Below are positions 52,200 to 64,000 of a stretch of DNA of 64,000 nucleotides, one piece after another (the stretch's first letter is position 1; the number at the start of each line of letters is the position of its first letter). The DNA comes from Hypanus sabinus. Its lineage: Eukaryota. Under the pieces are notes generated by a model. It was not told where the DNA came from, searched no databases, and worked only from the letters and a program-made list of their open reading frames with translations. The stretch spans positions 4,464,001 through 4,528,000 of the forward strand of contig NC_082736.1 in NCBI RefSeq assembly GCF_030144855.1, read 5' to 3'. Made by a program: the position numbers and the translations under genes.

Positions 52200-53110
52200 A
52201 CGAGCTTACAGCGCTGATCTCTATGCAACGCCACAGGTCATGGACCTCAAGACAGAATAACAGCTTGTCTTCTCTGGGCAAGAAAGCTCCCAAACCAAAC
52301 TTGCAATTCACTCTGGATCCCAGGCATCTTTATCTTTTGAATCAACTTGGCATGAGGAACCTTATTCAATGCCTTAATAAGATCCATGTCGATAACATCC
52401 ATTGTGTTTCCCTCATCAAGTACAAATTCACCACCTCAAAAAGCTGATCAGGTTTGTTAGGGATGGCAAGCCTACAAAAAGCCATACTGACTGTCCCCAA
52501 GCAGGACCTGCCTTTCCAAATGTGCATCAATCCTGTCCCTCAGTATCCTCTCCAACAACTTCCCTACCTATAATTACCTGGATTATCCTCATTTCCCTTC
52601 TTGGACAAAGGCAATACATTGTCCTTTTGCAGTTTTCCAGGACCTTGCCTGTTGCTAGTGACTTCACAAAGTTCCTTGTCAAATCCCCAGCAATTTCCTC
52701 ACTTGCTTCTTTTACTATTGTAGGATATATGCCATCAGGCCCTGGAGTTTTATCCATCGTCATGCCGTTCAGAAGACCCAGCACTGCCTCCTCCTTAATC
52801 TCAACATGTCGCAGCTCATTAGCATGCCTCGCTCTGTTTTCACTATCCTCTATTTCCTTCTCCTCGGTAAATACTGACTCGAAGTACTCATTTAGTACCT
52901 CAGCCACTTGCTCTGACTTCAACCACAACTCATCTGCCCTCTCCTTGCTTATCCTCCACTAACACATGTAAAATGACTTGAGATTATCCTTGGTGTTCCT
53001 CACCAATGACAATTCATGGCCCCCTTTTTGGCTTTTCTAATCACCTGTCTGAGCACATCTCTGCTATCTTGGTATTCAGTGAGGATCCCATCTGCATTTT
53101 GCTTCTGAAA
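52200..53110 (-). mobile_element. CR1 ORF2 fragment
   Basis: ORF 52527-52928: VAEVLNEYFESVFT...DKTPGPDGIYP. Confidence 0.8.
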
Positions 53111-53217
53111 CCGCTTTAACTGTGTGGCAGAAGGTTCTGGAAGCACTGATCTATTAGTAAATCTGGCCACTTACTGGACCAGATTCTCATTTCCTCCTGA
53201 CTCTCTTGTGCCACAAC

Positions 53218-54003
53218 TATGCTGATAAGTGTGAGGTGCTACATTTTGGTAGGAATAATCAAAATAGGACATACATGGTAAATAGTAAGGCAATGAGGAA
53301 TGCAGTAGAACAGTGATCTAGGAATAATGGTGCATAGTTCCCTGAAGGTGGAATCTCATGTGTATAGTGTGGTGAAGAAAGCTTTTGGTATGCTGGCCTT
53401 TGTAAATCAGAGCATTGAGTATAGGAGTTGGGATGTAATGTTAAAATTGTACAAGGCATTGGTGGGGCCAAATTTGGAGTATTGTGTACAGTTCTGGTCA
53501 CCAAATTATAGGAAAGATGTCAACAAAGTAGAGAGAGTATAGAGGAGATTAACTACAATGTTACCTGGGTTTCAGCACCTAAGTTACAGAGAAAGGTTGA
53601 ACAAGTTAGGTCTTTATTCTTTGGAGCATAGAAGGTTGAGGGGGGACTTGATAGAGGTATTTAAAATTATGAGGGGGATAGATAGAGTTGACGTGGATAG
53701 GCTTTTTCCATTGAGAGTAGGGGAAATTCAAACAAGAGGACATGAGTTGAGAGTTAAGGGGCAAAAGTTTTGGGGAACACAAGGGGGAACTTCTTTACTC
53801 AGAGAGTGGTAGCTGTGTGGAACGAACTACCAGTAGGAGTGGTAGAGGCAGGTTCAATATTGTCATTTAAAGTAAAATTGGATAGGTATATCGACAGGAA
53901 AGGAATGGAGGGTTATGGGCTGAGTGCAGGTTGGTGGGACTAGGTGAGAGTAAGCATTCAGAAGGGCCGAGATGGCCTGTTTCTGTGCTGTACTGGTTAT
54001 ATA
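53218..54003 (+). mobile_element. CR1 3' part, young subfamily
   Basis: Near-identical to 28270-29070. Confidence 0.92.
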
Positions 54004-54269
54004 GTGAACTATTTTACAGTGAGACCAACTTCACCCATGACCACTAGCTGCTGTGTGTGAAGTGACGTGCTGCACTGTTCTTAGGCCAATCCCACATTCA
54101 TCAAGCTCCTCAGATGTTTGATCATAGAATGGAACATTATTTCTTATAATTCCTGAACAGAGCTGGGGTCAATAAAATCAGGGTGGACCCGGTGTACTCG
54201 AGAGATTGTCTAGACTGCTGTGCGTAAACTATTGACCATTTGTAGTTGTGTTAATGTGGAGGAGGAGCT

Positions 54270-55533
54270 GCAAGTCCTGTTTGACAAACTCCAAGTTCTT
54301 TAAGGATATAACGAGTGCAGTGGATGGAGGGGAACAGGTGGATGTTGTATACTTGGATTTCCAGAAGGCGTTCGATAAGGTGCTGCTCAAGAGCCTTACA
54401 AATAAGATATGGATGCATGGAGTCAGAGGAAGTATATTGACATGGATAGTAGATTGGTTAACTGAGCGATGGCAGAGAGTTGGTATAAATGGGTGTTTCT
54501 CCAGTTGGCAGTCAGTGGTGAGTGGGGTGCCGCAGGGGTCAGTACTGGGCCCGCAGCTGTTTACCATTTACATTGATGCTTTGGAAGGGGGGACTGAGTG
54601 TAACATAGCACAGTTTTCTGATGGCATTAAACTAAGTAGAAAAACAAATTGTGCAGAGGATGTGCAGAGCCTGCAGAGGGAGTTAAGTGAGTGGGCCTAA
54701 GTCTGGCAGATGGAATATAATGTTGCTAAATATGAGATCATCCACTTCGGAAGGAAAAAGTGAAGAGCAGATTATTATGTAAATAGTGAAAGATTGCAGC
54801 ATGCTGTTGTGCAGAGGGACTTGGGAGTGCTTGTTCATGAATCGCAAAAAGTTGGCTTGCAGATACAGCAGGTTATTAAGAAAGCAAATGGAATGTGGGC
54901 CTTCATTGCCAGAGGGATTGAATTCAAGAGCAGGGAGGTCATGCTGCAACTGTTCAGAGTACTGGTGAGGCCGCACCTGGAGTACTGTGTGCAGAGTGGT
55001 CTCCATGCTTGAGGAAGGATATACTGGCTTTGGGGGCAGTGCAGAGGTTTACCAGGTTGATTCCAGGGATGAAGGGGTGAACTTATGAGGCGAGATTGAG
55101 TCCCCTGGGACTATACTGTCTGGAGTTCAGAAGAATGAGAGGGGATTTTATAGAAACATACAAAATTTTGAAAGATATATACAAGATAGAAGTAGGAGAG
55201 TTGTTTCTATTGGTAGGTGAGACTAGAACTAGGGGACATTGCCTCAAGATTCAGGGGAGAAGATTTATGACAGAGATGAGGAGAAACTGTTCTTCCCAGA
55301 GTGTGGTGAATCTGTGGAATTCTCTCACCAGGGAAGCAGTTGAGGCATTCTCACTAAATATATTTAAGAAACAGTTAGATAGGTTTTTACGCAGTAAGGG
55401 AATTAAGGGCTATGGGGAAAATGCAGGTAGATGGAGCTGACTTTACAGACAGATCAGCCATGATCTTGTTGAATGGTGGGGCAGGCTCGATAGGCTGGAT
55501 GGCCTACTTCTGCTCCTATTTCTTATGTTCTTA
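54270..55533 (+). mobile_element. CR1 RT and 3' end
   Basis: YLDFQKAFDKV, SGVPQGSVLGP, and tail CCTATTTCTTATGTTCTTATG. Confidence 0.9.
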
Positions 55534-55660
55534 TGAAGGGTTGCTCTCCACTTTTGTCTGTCACTCTGATTCTGTGTCCTGCACCCCAACCCCACCAGCT
55601 CTATCTTTCTGTGCCTTACTCGGGCAGGTCAGGTTGCTGTGTATAAAAGGAGATAACTGC
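55533..55660 (+). pseudogene. Orphan relic of an H4 promoter / 5' flank with no coding sequence
   Basis: Aligns to 15497-15616: GGCAGGTCAGGTTGCTGTGTATAAAAGGAGA versus GGCAGGTCGGGGCGCTGTGTATAAAAGGAGA. Followed directly by a minus-strand CR1. Confidence 0.8.
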
Positions 55661-56760
55661 TTCCACAACACCAACTGTCCCAATACTTATCTTCATATTG
55701 TTCACAAATTTGGCCACATGGCATAAAATGTGAAAAGGGGCAGTTCCAACACCGACATTTTTGGAACACCACTGGTCACCAGCAACCAACCAGAAAATGC
55801 CCATTTATCCCCAATTGTTTGTTTCCTGTGAGTCAGCCAACCTTCTATTCATGCTTGTATCTTTACTGTACCTTGTAATGCAGCCTCAGGTACAGCACCT
55901 TGTCAAAGCCCTGTTGGAAGTTTATGTGTACACCACCCACTGACTCTCCTTTGTCTATCCTATTAATTCCTCAAAGGATTCCAACAGATTTGTAAAGCAA
56001 GATTTCCCTTGGAGGAAACAATGCTGACTTTTGTGTATCTTGTCATGTGCCAACAAGTACCCCAAAACCTCATCCTTAATAACAGGCTCTAACATCTTGC
56101 CACCCACAGAGGTCAGGCTATCAGGCCTAAGTTTCCTTTCTTCTGCCTCTGCCCTCTTCTTCAAGAGTGGCGTGATAATTGAAATTTCCCTGTCCAACTG
56201 AAACATACCAAATTCGAATGATTCTTGAAGAATCATTACTAATGCCTACACAATTTTCTCAGCTCCATTGTTCAGAACCCTAGGGTGTGGGAGATTTATC
56301 TAACTTCAGAACGTTCAGTGTCCCAAACACATTCCTCTTATTAATAGCAACTGCACTCACTTCTGCTCTCACTCTTAAATTTCTGGCATGCTGCTACCGT
56401 CATACAAAATGAAGACTGATGCAACATTCTTATTTCGTTCTTCTGACATTTCTTTGTTACCCCCATTACTACTGTTCAGCTTCATATTCCAATGGTCCAA
56501 TATCCACTCGCACCTCTCTCTCATTCTTTTTATATTAAAAAATTGTATCCACTTTATATTATTGGCAAGCATTCCTACATATTTCATTTTTCGCTCCTTA
56601 TGGCTTTTTTAATTGCATTCTGTTGGATCTCAAAAGCATCCTAGTTTTTTCACCTCCCGTTATTTTTTGCTCCATTTGCCCTGCCTATTCCTTTTCTGTA
56701 ATTTTTGACTCTCCTTGTCAGCCACAGTCATCTCATCCACCTTTTGCTGGACTTCCTCGT
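55660..56760 (-). mobile_element. Degenerate CR1 ORF2 fragment running into the minisatellite
   Basis: SLTSVGGKMLE, QHCFLQGKSCFTNLLE and LWLTRRVK motifs. Confidence 0.8.
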
Positions 56761-59700
56761 CATTGGGATGTATCTATTCAGCATCTTCCTCATCATTGGG
56801 ATGTATCTATCCAGCATCCACCTCATCATTGGGATGCATCTAGCCAGCATCCTCCACGTCATTGGGATGTATCTATCCAGCATCTTCCTCATCATTGGGA
56901 TGTATCTATCCAGCATCTTCCTCATCATTAGAATGTATCTATCCAGCATCCTCCTCATCATTGGGATGTATCTATCCAGCATCTTCATCATTGGGATATA
57001 TCTATCCAGCATCCTCCTCATCATTGGGATGTATCTATCCAGCATCTTCCTCATCATTGGGATGTACCTATCCAGCATCTTCCTCATCATTGGGATGTAT
57101 CTATCCAGCATCCTCCTCATCATTGGGATGTATCTATCCAGCATCTTCCTCATCATTGGGATGCATCTATCCAGCATCCACCTCATCAATGGAATGTATC
57201 TATCCAGCATCTTCCTCATCATTGGAATGTATCTATCCAGCATCCTCCTCATCATTGGGATGTATCTATCCAGCATCTTCATCATTGGGATATATCTATC
57301 CAGCATCCTCCTCATCATTGGGATGTATCTATCCAGCATCCTTCTCATCATTGGGATGTCTCTTTCCAGCATCCTTCTCGTCATTGGGTTGTATCTATCC
57401 AGCATCCTCCTCATCATTGGAATGTATCTATCCAGCATCCTCCTCGTCATTGGGATGTATCTATCCAGCATCCTTCTCGTCATTGGGATGTATCTATCCA
57501 GCATCCTCGTCATTGGGATGTATCTATCCAGCATCCTCCTCGTCATTGGGATGTATCTATCCAGCATCCTCGTCATTGGGATGTATCTATCCAGCATCAG
57601 CCTCATCATTGGGATGTATCTATCCAGCATCCGCCTCATCATTGGGATGTATGTATCCAGCATCCTCGTCATTGGGATGTATCTATCCAGCATCAGCCTC
57701 ATCATTGGGATGTATCTATCCAGCATCCTCCTCCTCATTGGGATGTATCTATCCAGCATCCTCCTCATCATTGGGATGTATCTATCCAGCATCCTCCTCC
57801 TCATTGGGATGTATCTATCCAGCATCCTCCTCGTCATAGGGATGTATCTATCCAGCATCCGCCTCATCATTGGGATGTATCTATCCAGCATCCTCCTCGT
57901 CATTGGGATGTATCTATCCAGCATCCTCCTCATCATTGGGATGTATCTATCCAGCATCCTTCTCATCATTGGGATGTCTCTTTCCAGCATCCTTCTCGTC
58001 ATTGGGATGTATCTATCCAGCATCCTCCTCATCATTGGAATGTATCTATCCAGCATATTCCTCATCATTGGGATGCATCTATCCAGCATCCTCCTCCTCA
58101 TTGGGATGTACCTATCCAGCATCCTCCTCATCATTGGGATGTATCTATCCAGCATCCTCCTCATCATTGGGATGCATCTATCCAGCATCTTCCTCATCAT
58201 TGGGATGTATCTATCCAGCGTCCTCCTCATCATTGGGATGTATCTATCCAGCATCCTCCTTATCATTGGAATGCATCTATCCAACATCCTCCTCATCATT
58301 GGGATGTATCTATCCAGCATCTTCCTCATCATTGGGATGTATCTATCCAGCATCCTCCTCGACATTCGCATGTATCTATCCAGCATCCTCCTCATCATTG
58401 GGATGTATCTATCCAGCATCCGCCTCATCATTGGGATGTATCTATCCAGCACCCTCCTCGTCATTGGGATGTATCTATCCAGCATCCTCATCATTGGGAT
58501 GTATCTATCCAGCATCCACTTGGTCATTCGGATGTATCTATCCAGCATCCACCTCATCATTGGGATGTACCTATCCAGCATCCTCCTCATCATTGGGATG
58601 TATCTATCCAGCATCCTCCTGTTCATTGCGATGTATCTATCCAGCATCCTCGTCATTGGGATGTATCTATCCAGCATCCTCCTCGTCATTGGGATGTATC
58701 TATCCAGCATCCTCCTCGTCTTTGGGATGTATCTATCCAGCATCCTCATCGTCATTGTGATGTATCTATCCAGCATCCTCCTGGTCATTGGGATGTATCT
58801 ATCCAGCATCCTCCTCATCATTGCGATGTATCCAGCATCCTCGTCATTGGGATGTATCTCTCCAGCATCCTCCTCCTCATTGGGATGTATCTATCCAGCA
58901 TCCTCCTCGTCATTGGGATGTATCTATCCAGCATCCTCGTCATTGGGATGTATCTATCCAGCATCCTCCTCATCATTGCGATGTATCCAGCATCCTCGTC
59001 ATTGGGATGTATCTCTCCAGCATCCTCCTCCTCATTGGGATGTATCTATCCAGCATCCTCCTCGTCATTGGGATGTATCTATCCAGCATCCTCGTCATTG
59101 GGATGTATCTATCCAGCATCAGCCTCATCATTGGGATGTATCTATCCAGCATCCGCCTCATCATTGGGATGTATGTATCCAGCATCCTCGTCATTGGGAT
59201 GTATCTATCCAGCATCAGCCTCTTCATTGGGATGTATCTATCCAGCATCCTCCTCCTCATTGGGATGTATCTATCCAGCATCCTCCTCATCATTGGGATG
59301 TATCTATCCAGCATCCTCCTCCTCATTGGGATGTATCTATCCAGCATCCTCCTCGTCATAGGGATGTATCTATCCAGCATCCGCCTCATCATTGGGATGT
59401 ATCTATCCAGCATCCTCCTCGTCATTGGGATGTATCTATCCAGCATCCTCCTCATCATTGGGATGTATCTATCCAGCATCCTTCTCATCATTGGGATGTC
59501 TCTTTCCAGCATCCTTCTCGTCATTGGGATGTATCTATCCAGCATCCTCCTCATCATTGGAATGTATCTATCCAGCATCCTCCTCATCATTGGGATGTAT
59601 CTATCCAGCATCCTCCTCCTCATTGGGATGTATCTATCCAGCATCCTCCTCATCATTGGGATGTATCTATCCAGCATCCTCCTCCTCATTGTGATGTATC

Positions 59701-62700
59701 TATCCAGCATCCTCCTCGTCATAGGGATGTATCTATCAAGCATCCGCCTCATCATTGGGATGTATCTATCCAGCATCCTCCTCGTCATTGGGATATATCT
59801 ATCCAGCATCCTCCTCATCATTGGGATGTATCTATCCAGCATCCTTCTCATCATTGGGATGTCTCTTTCCAGCATCCTTCTCGTCATTGGGATGTATCTA
59901 TCCAGCATCCTCCTCATCATTGGAATGTATCTATCCAGCATCCTCCTCGTCATTGGGATGTATCTATCCAGCATCCTTCTCGTCATTGGGATGTATCTAT
60001 CCAGCATCCTCGTCATTGGGATGTATCTATCCAGCATCCTCCTCGTCATTGGGTTGTATCTATCCAGCATCCTCGTCATTGGGATGTATCTATCCAGCAT
60101 CAGCCTCATCATTGGGATGTATCTATCCAGCATCCGCCTCATCATTGGGATGTATCTATCCAGCATCCGCCTCATCATTGGGATGTATGTATCCAGCATC
60201 CTCATCATTGGGATGTATCTATCCAGCATCCTCCTCATCATTGGGATCTATCAATCCAGCATCCTCATCGTCATTGTGATGTATCTATCCAGCATCCTCC
60301 TCGTCATTGGGATGTATCTATCCAGCATCCTCCTCGTCATTGGGATGTATCTATCCAGCATCCTAATCGTCATTGTGATGTATCTATCCAGCATCCCCCT
60401 GGTCATTGGGATGTATCTATCCGGCATCCTCATCGTCATTGCGATGTATCTATCCAGCATCCTCCTCATCATTGCGATGTATCTATCCAGCATCCTCGTC
60501 ATAGGGATGTATCTATCCAGCATCCTCCTCGACATTGGGATGTATCTACCCAACATCCTCGTAATTGCGATTTATATATCCTGCATCCTCATCGTCATTG
60601 GGATGTATCTATCCAGCATCCTTGTCATTGGGATGTATATATCCAGCATCCTCATCATTGGAATGTATCTATCCAGCATCCTCCTCATCATTGGGATGTA
60701 TCTATCCAGCATCCTCCTCCTCATTGGGATGTATCTATCCAGCATCCTCCTCATCATTGGGATGTATCTATCCAGCATCCTCCTCATCATTGGGATGCAT
60801 CTATCCAGCATCTTCCTCATCATTGGGATGTATCTATACAGCGTCCTCATCATTGGGATGTATCTATCCAGCATCCTCCTCATCATTGGGATGCATCTAT
60901 CCAGCATCTTCCTCATCATTGGGATGTATCTATCCAGCGTCCTCCTCATCATTGGGATGTATCTATCCAGCATCCTCCTTATCATTGGAATGCATCTATC
61001 CAACATCCTCCTCATCATTGGGATGTATCTATCCAGCATCTTCCTCATCATTGGGATGTATCTATCCAGCATCCTCCTCGACATTCGCATGTATCTATCC
61101 AGCATCCTCCTCATCATTGGGATGTATCTATCCAGCATCCGCCTCATCATTGGGATGTATCTATCCAGCACCCTCCTCGTCATTGGGATGTATCTATCCA
61201 GCATCCTCATCATTGGGATGTATCTATCCAGCATCCAATTGGTCATTCGGATGTATCTATCCAGCATCCACCTCATCATTGGGATGTACCTATCCAGCAT
61301 CCTCCTCATCATTGGGATGTATCTATCCAGCATCCTCCTGTTCATTGGGATGTATCTATCCAGCATCCTCGTCATTGGGATGTATCTATCCAGCATCCTC
61401 CTCGTCATTGGGATGTATCTATCCAGCATCCTCCTCGTCTTTGGGATGTATCTATCCAGCATCCTCATCGTCATTGTGATGTATCTATCCAGCATCCTCC
61501 TGGTCATTGGGATGTATCTATCCAGCATCCTCCTCATCATTGCGATGTATCCAGCATCCTCGTCATTGGGATGTATCTCTCCAGCATCCTCCTCGTCATT
61601 GGGATGTATCTATCCAACATCCTCGTCATTGGGATTTATATATCCAGCATCCTCATCGTCATTGGGATGTATCTATCCAGCATCCTCCTCGTCAGTGGAA
61701 TGTTTCTATCCAGCATCCTCCTCGGCATTCGGATGTATCTATCCAGCATCCTCCTCATCATTGGGATGTATCTATCCAGCATCCTTCTCATCATTGGGAT
61801 GTCTCTTTCCAGCATCCTTCTCGTCATTGGGATGTATCTATCCAGCATCCTCCTCATCATTGGAATGTATCTATCCAGCATCCTCCTCGTCATTGGGATG
61901 TATCTATCCAGCATCCTTCTCGTCATTGGGATGTATCCATCCAGCATCCTCGTCATTGGGATGTATCTATCCAGCATCCTCCTCGTCATTGGGATGTATC
62001 TATCCAGCATCCTCGTCATTGGGATGTATCTATCCAGCATCCTCCTCATCATTGGGATCTATCAATCCAGCATCCTCCTCATCATTGGGATGTATTTACC
62101 CAGCATCCTCCTCTTCATTGGGATGTATCTATCCAGCATCCTCATCGTCATTGTGATGTATCTATCCAGCATCCTCCTCGTCATTGGGATGTATCTATCC
62201 AGCATCCTCCTCGTCATTGGGATGTATCTATCCAGCATCCTAATCGTCATTGGGATGTATCTATCCAGCATCCTCCTCGTCATTGGGATGTATCTATCCA
62301 ACATCCTCGTCATTGCGATTTATATATCCAGCATCCTCATCGTCATTGGAATGTATCTATCCTGCATCCTTGTCATTGGGATGTATATATCCAGCATCCT
62401 CATCATTGGGATGCATCTATCCAGCATCCTCCTCGACATTCGCATGTATCTATCCAGCATCCTCCTCATCATTGGGATGTATCTATCCAGCATCCTCCTG
62501 TTCATTGGGATGTATCTATCCAGCATCCTCGTCATTGGGATGTATCTATCCAGCATCCTCCTCGTCATTGGGATGTATCTATCCAGCATCCTCCTCGTCT
62601 TTGGGATGTATCTATCCAGCATCCTCATCGTCATTGTGATGTATCTATCCAGCATCCTCCTGGTCATTGGGATGTATCTATCCAGCATCCTCCTCATCAT

Positions 62701-64000
62701 TGCGATGTATCCAGCATCCTCGTCATTGGGATGTATCTCTCCAGCATCCTCCTCGTCATTGGGATGTATCTATCCAACATCCTCGTCATTGGGATTTATA
62801 TATCCAGCATCCTCATCGTCATTGGGATGTATCTATCCAGCATCCTCCTCGTCAGTGGAATGTTTCTATCCAGCATCCTCCTCGGCATTCGGATGTATCT
62901 ATCCAGCATCCTCCTCATCATTGGGATGTATCTATCCAGCATCCTTCTCATCATTGGGATGTCTCTTTCCAGCATCCTTCTCGTCATTGGGATGTATCTA
63001 TCCAGCATCCTCCTCATCATTGGAATGTATCTATCCAGCATCCTCCTCGTCATTGGGATGTATCTATCCAGCATCCTTCTCGTCATTGGGATGTATCCAT
63101 CCAGCATCCTCGTCATTGGGATGTATCTATCCAGCATCCTCCTCGTCATTGGGATGTATCTATCCAGCATCCTCGTCATTGGGATGTATCTATCCAGCAT
63201 CCTCCTCATCATTGGGATCTATCAATCCAGCATCCTCCTCATCATTGGGATGTATTTACCCAGCATCCTCCTCTTCATTGGGATGTATCTATCCAGCATC
63301 CTCATCGTCATTGTGATGTATCTATCCAGCATCCTCCTCGTCATTGGGATGTATCTATCCAGCATCCTCCTCGTCATTGGGATGTATCTATCCAGCATCC
63401 TAATCGTCATTGGGATGTATCTATCCAGCATCCTCCTCGTCATTGGGATGTATCTATCCAACATCCTCGTCATTGCGATTTATATATCCAGCATCCTCAT
63501 CGTCATTGGAATGTATCTATCCTGCATCCTTGTCATTGGGATGTATATATCCAGCATCCTCATCATTGGGATGCATCTATCCAGCATCCTCCTCGACATT
63601 CGCATGTATCTATCCAGCATCCTCCTCTTCATTGGGATGTATCTATCCAGCATCCGCCTCATCATTGGGATGTATCTGTCCAGCATCCTCCTCGTCATTG
63701 GGATGTATCTATCCAGCATCCTCATCATTGGGATGTAGCTATCCAGCATCCACTTCGTCATTCGGATGTATCTATCCGGCATCCACCTCATCATTGGGAT
63801 GCATCTATCCAGCATCCTCGTCATTGGGATGTATCTATCCAGCATCCACTTCCTCATTGGGATGTATCTTTCCAGCATCCTCCTCATCATTGGGATGTAT
63901 CTATCCAGCATCCTCCTGTTCATTGGGATGTATCTATCCAGCATCCTCGTCATTGGGATGTATCTATCCAGCATCAGCCTCATCATTGGGATGTATCTAT
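56758..64000. repeat. 33-bp minisatellite (CATTGGGATGTATCTATCCAGCATCCTCCTCAT), roughly 220 units, continuing past the window end
   Basis: Direct 33-nt periodicity with 30-nt and occasional 4-nt-deleted variants, plus higher-order blocks. Confidence 0.98.

Noticed and set aside
56705-63986. Giant ORFs (2203, 1122, 743 and 697 aa) as protein-coding genes
   Set aside because: They follow from a stop-free 33-bp unit, are open in several frames at once, derive from CR1, and have no gene structure.
56758-64000. CRISPR-like array
   Set aside because: The units are contiguous with no unique spacers, there are no cas genes, and the context is eukaryotic.

Overview
Eukaryotic, vertebrate-type DNA. 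The repeat families and histone sequences suggest a cartilaginous fish such as a ray (inference). The only clearly intact host genes are five intronless replication-dependent histone genes, each with a 3' stem-loop and a purine-rich histone downstream element (HDE). H4(+), H3.2(+) and H1(-) lie at 15.6-18.6 kb. H2A(-) and H2B(-) lie about 22 kb away at 41.1-42.9 kb, in tandem rather than as a divergent pair. Most of the remainder is decayed or nested mobile DNA: many CR1 LINE pieces, Rex1/Babar LINEs, Penelope-like fragments with hammerhead-ribozyme relics, a Tc1 element, hAT elements, a truncated Gypsy element and several solo LTRs. The last 7.2 kb is a 33-bp minisatellite derived from CR1 ORF2. 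Its long ORFs are repeat artefacts. The most notable observations are an orphan, CpG-decayed H4 promoter at 55.5-55.7 kb, collinear similarity suggesting that 49-55.7 kb is an old duplicate of the region upstream of H4, a multi-layer transposon nest, and two tandem arrays derived from CR1 sequence. I found no firm evidence for a wholly new biological system. Repeat boundaries without target-site duplications (TSDs) are approximate, and all similarities were judged by eye.
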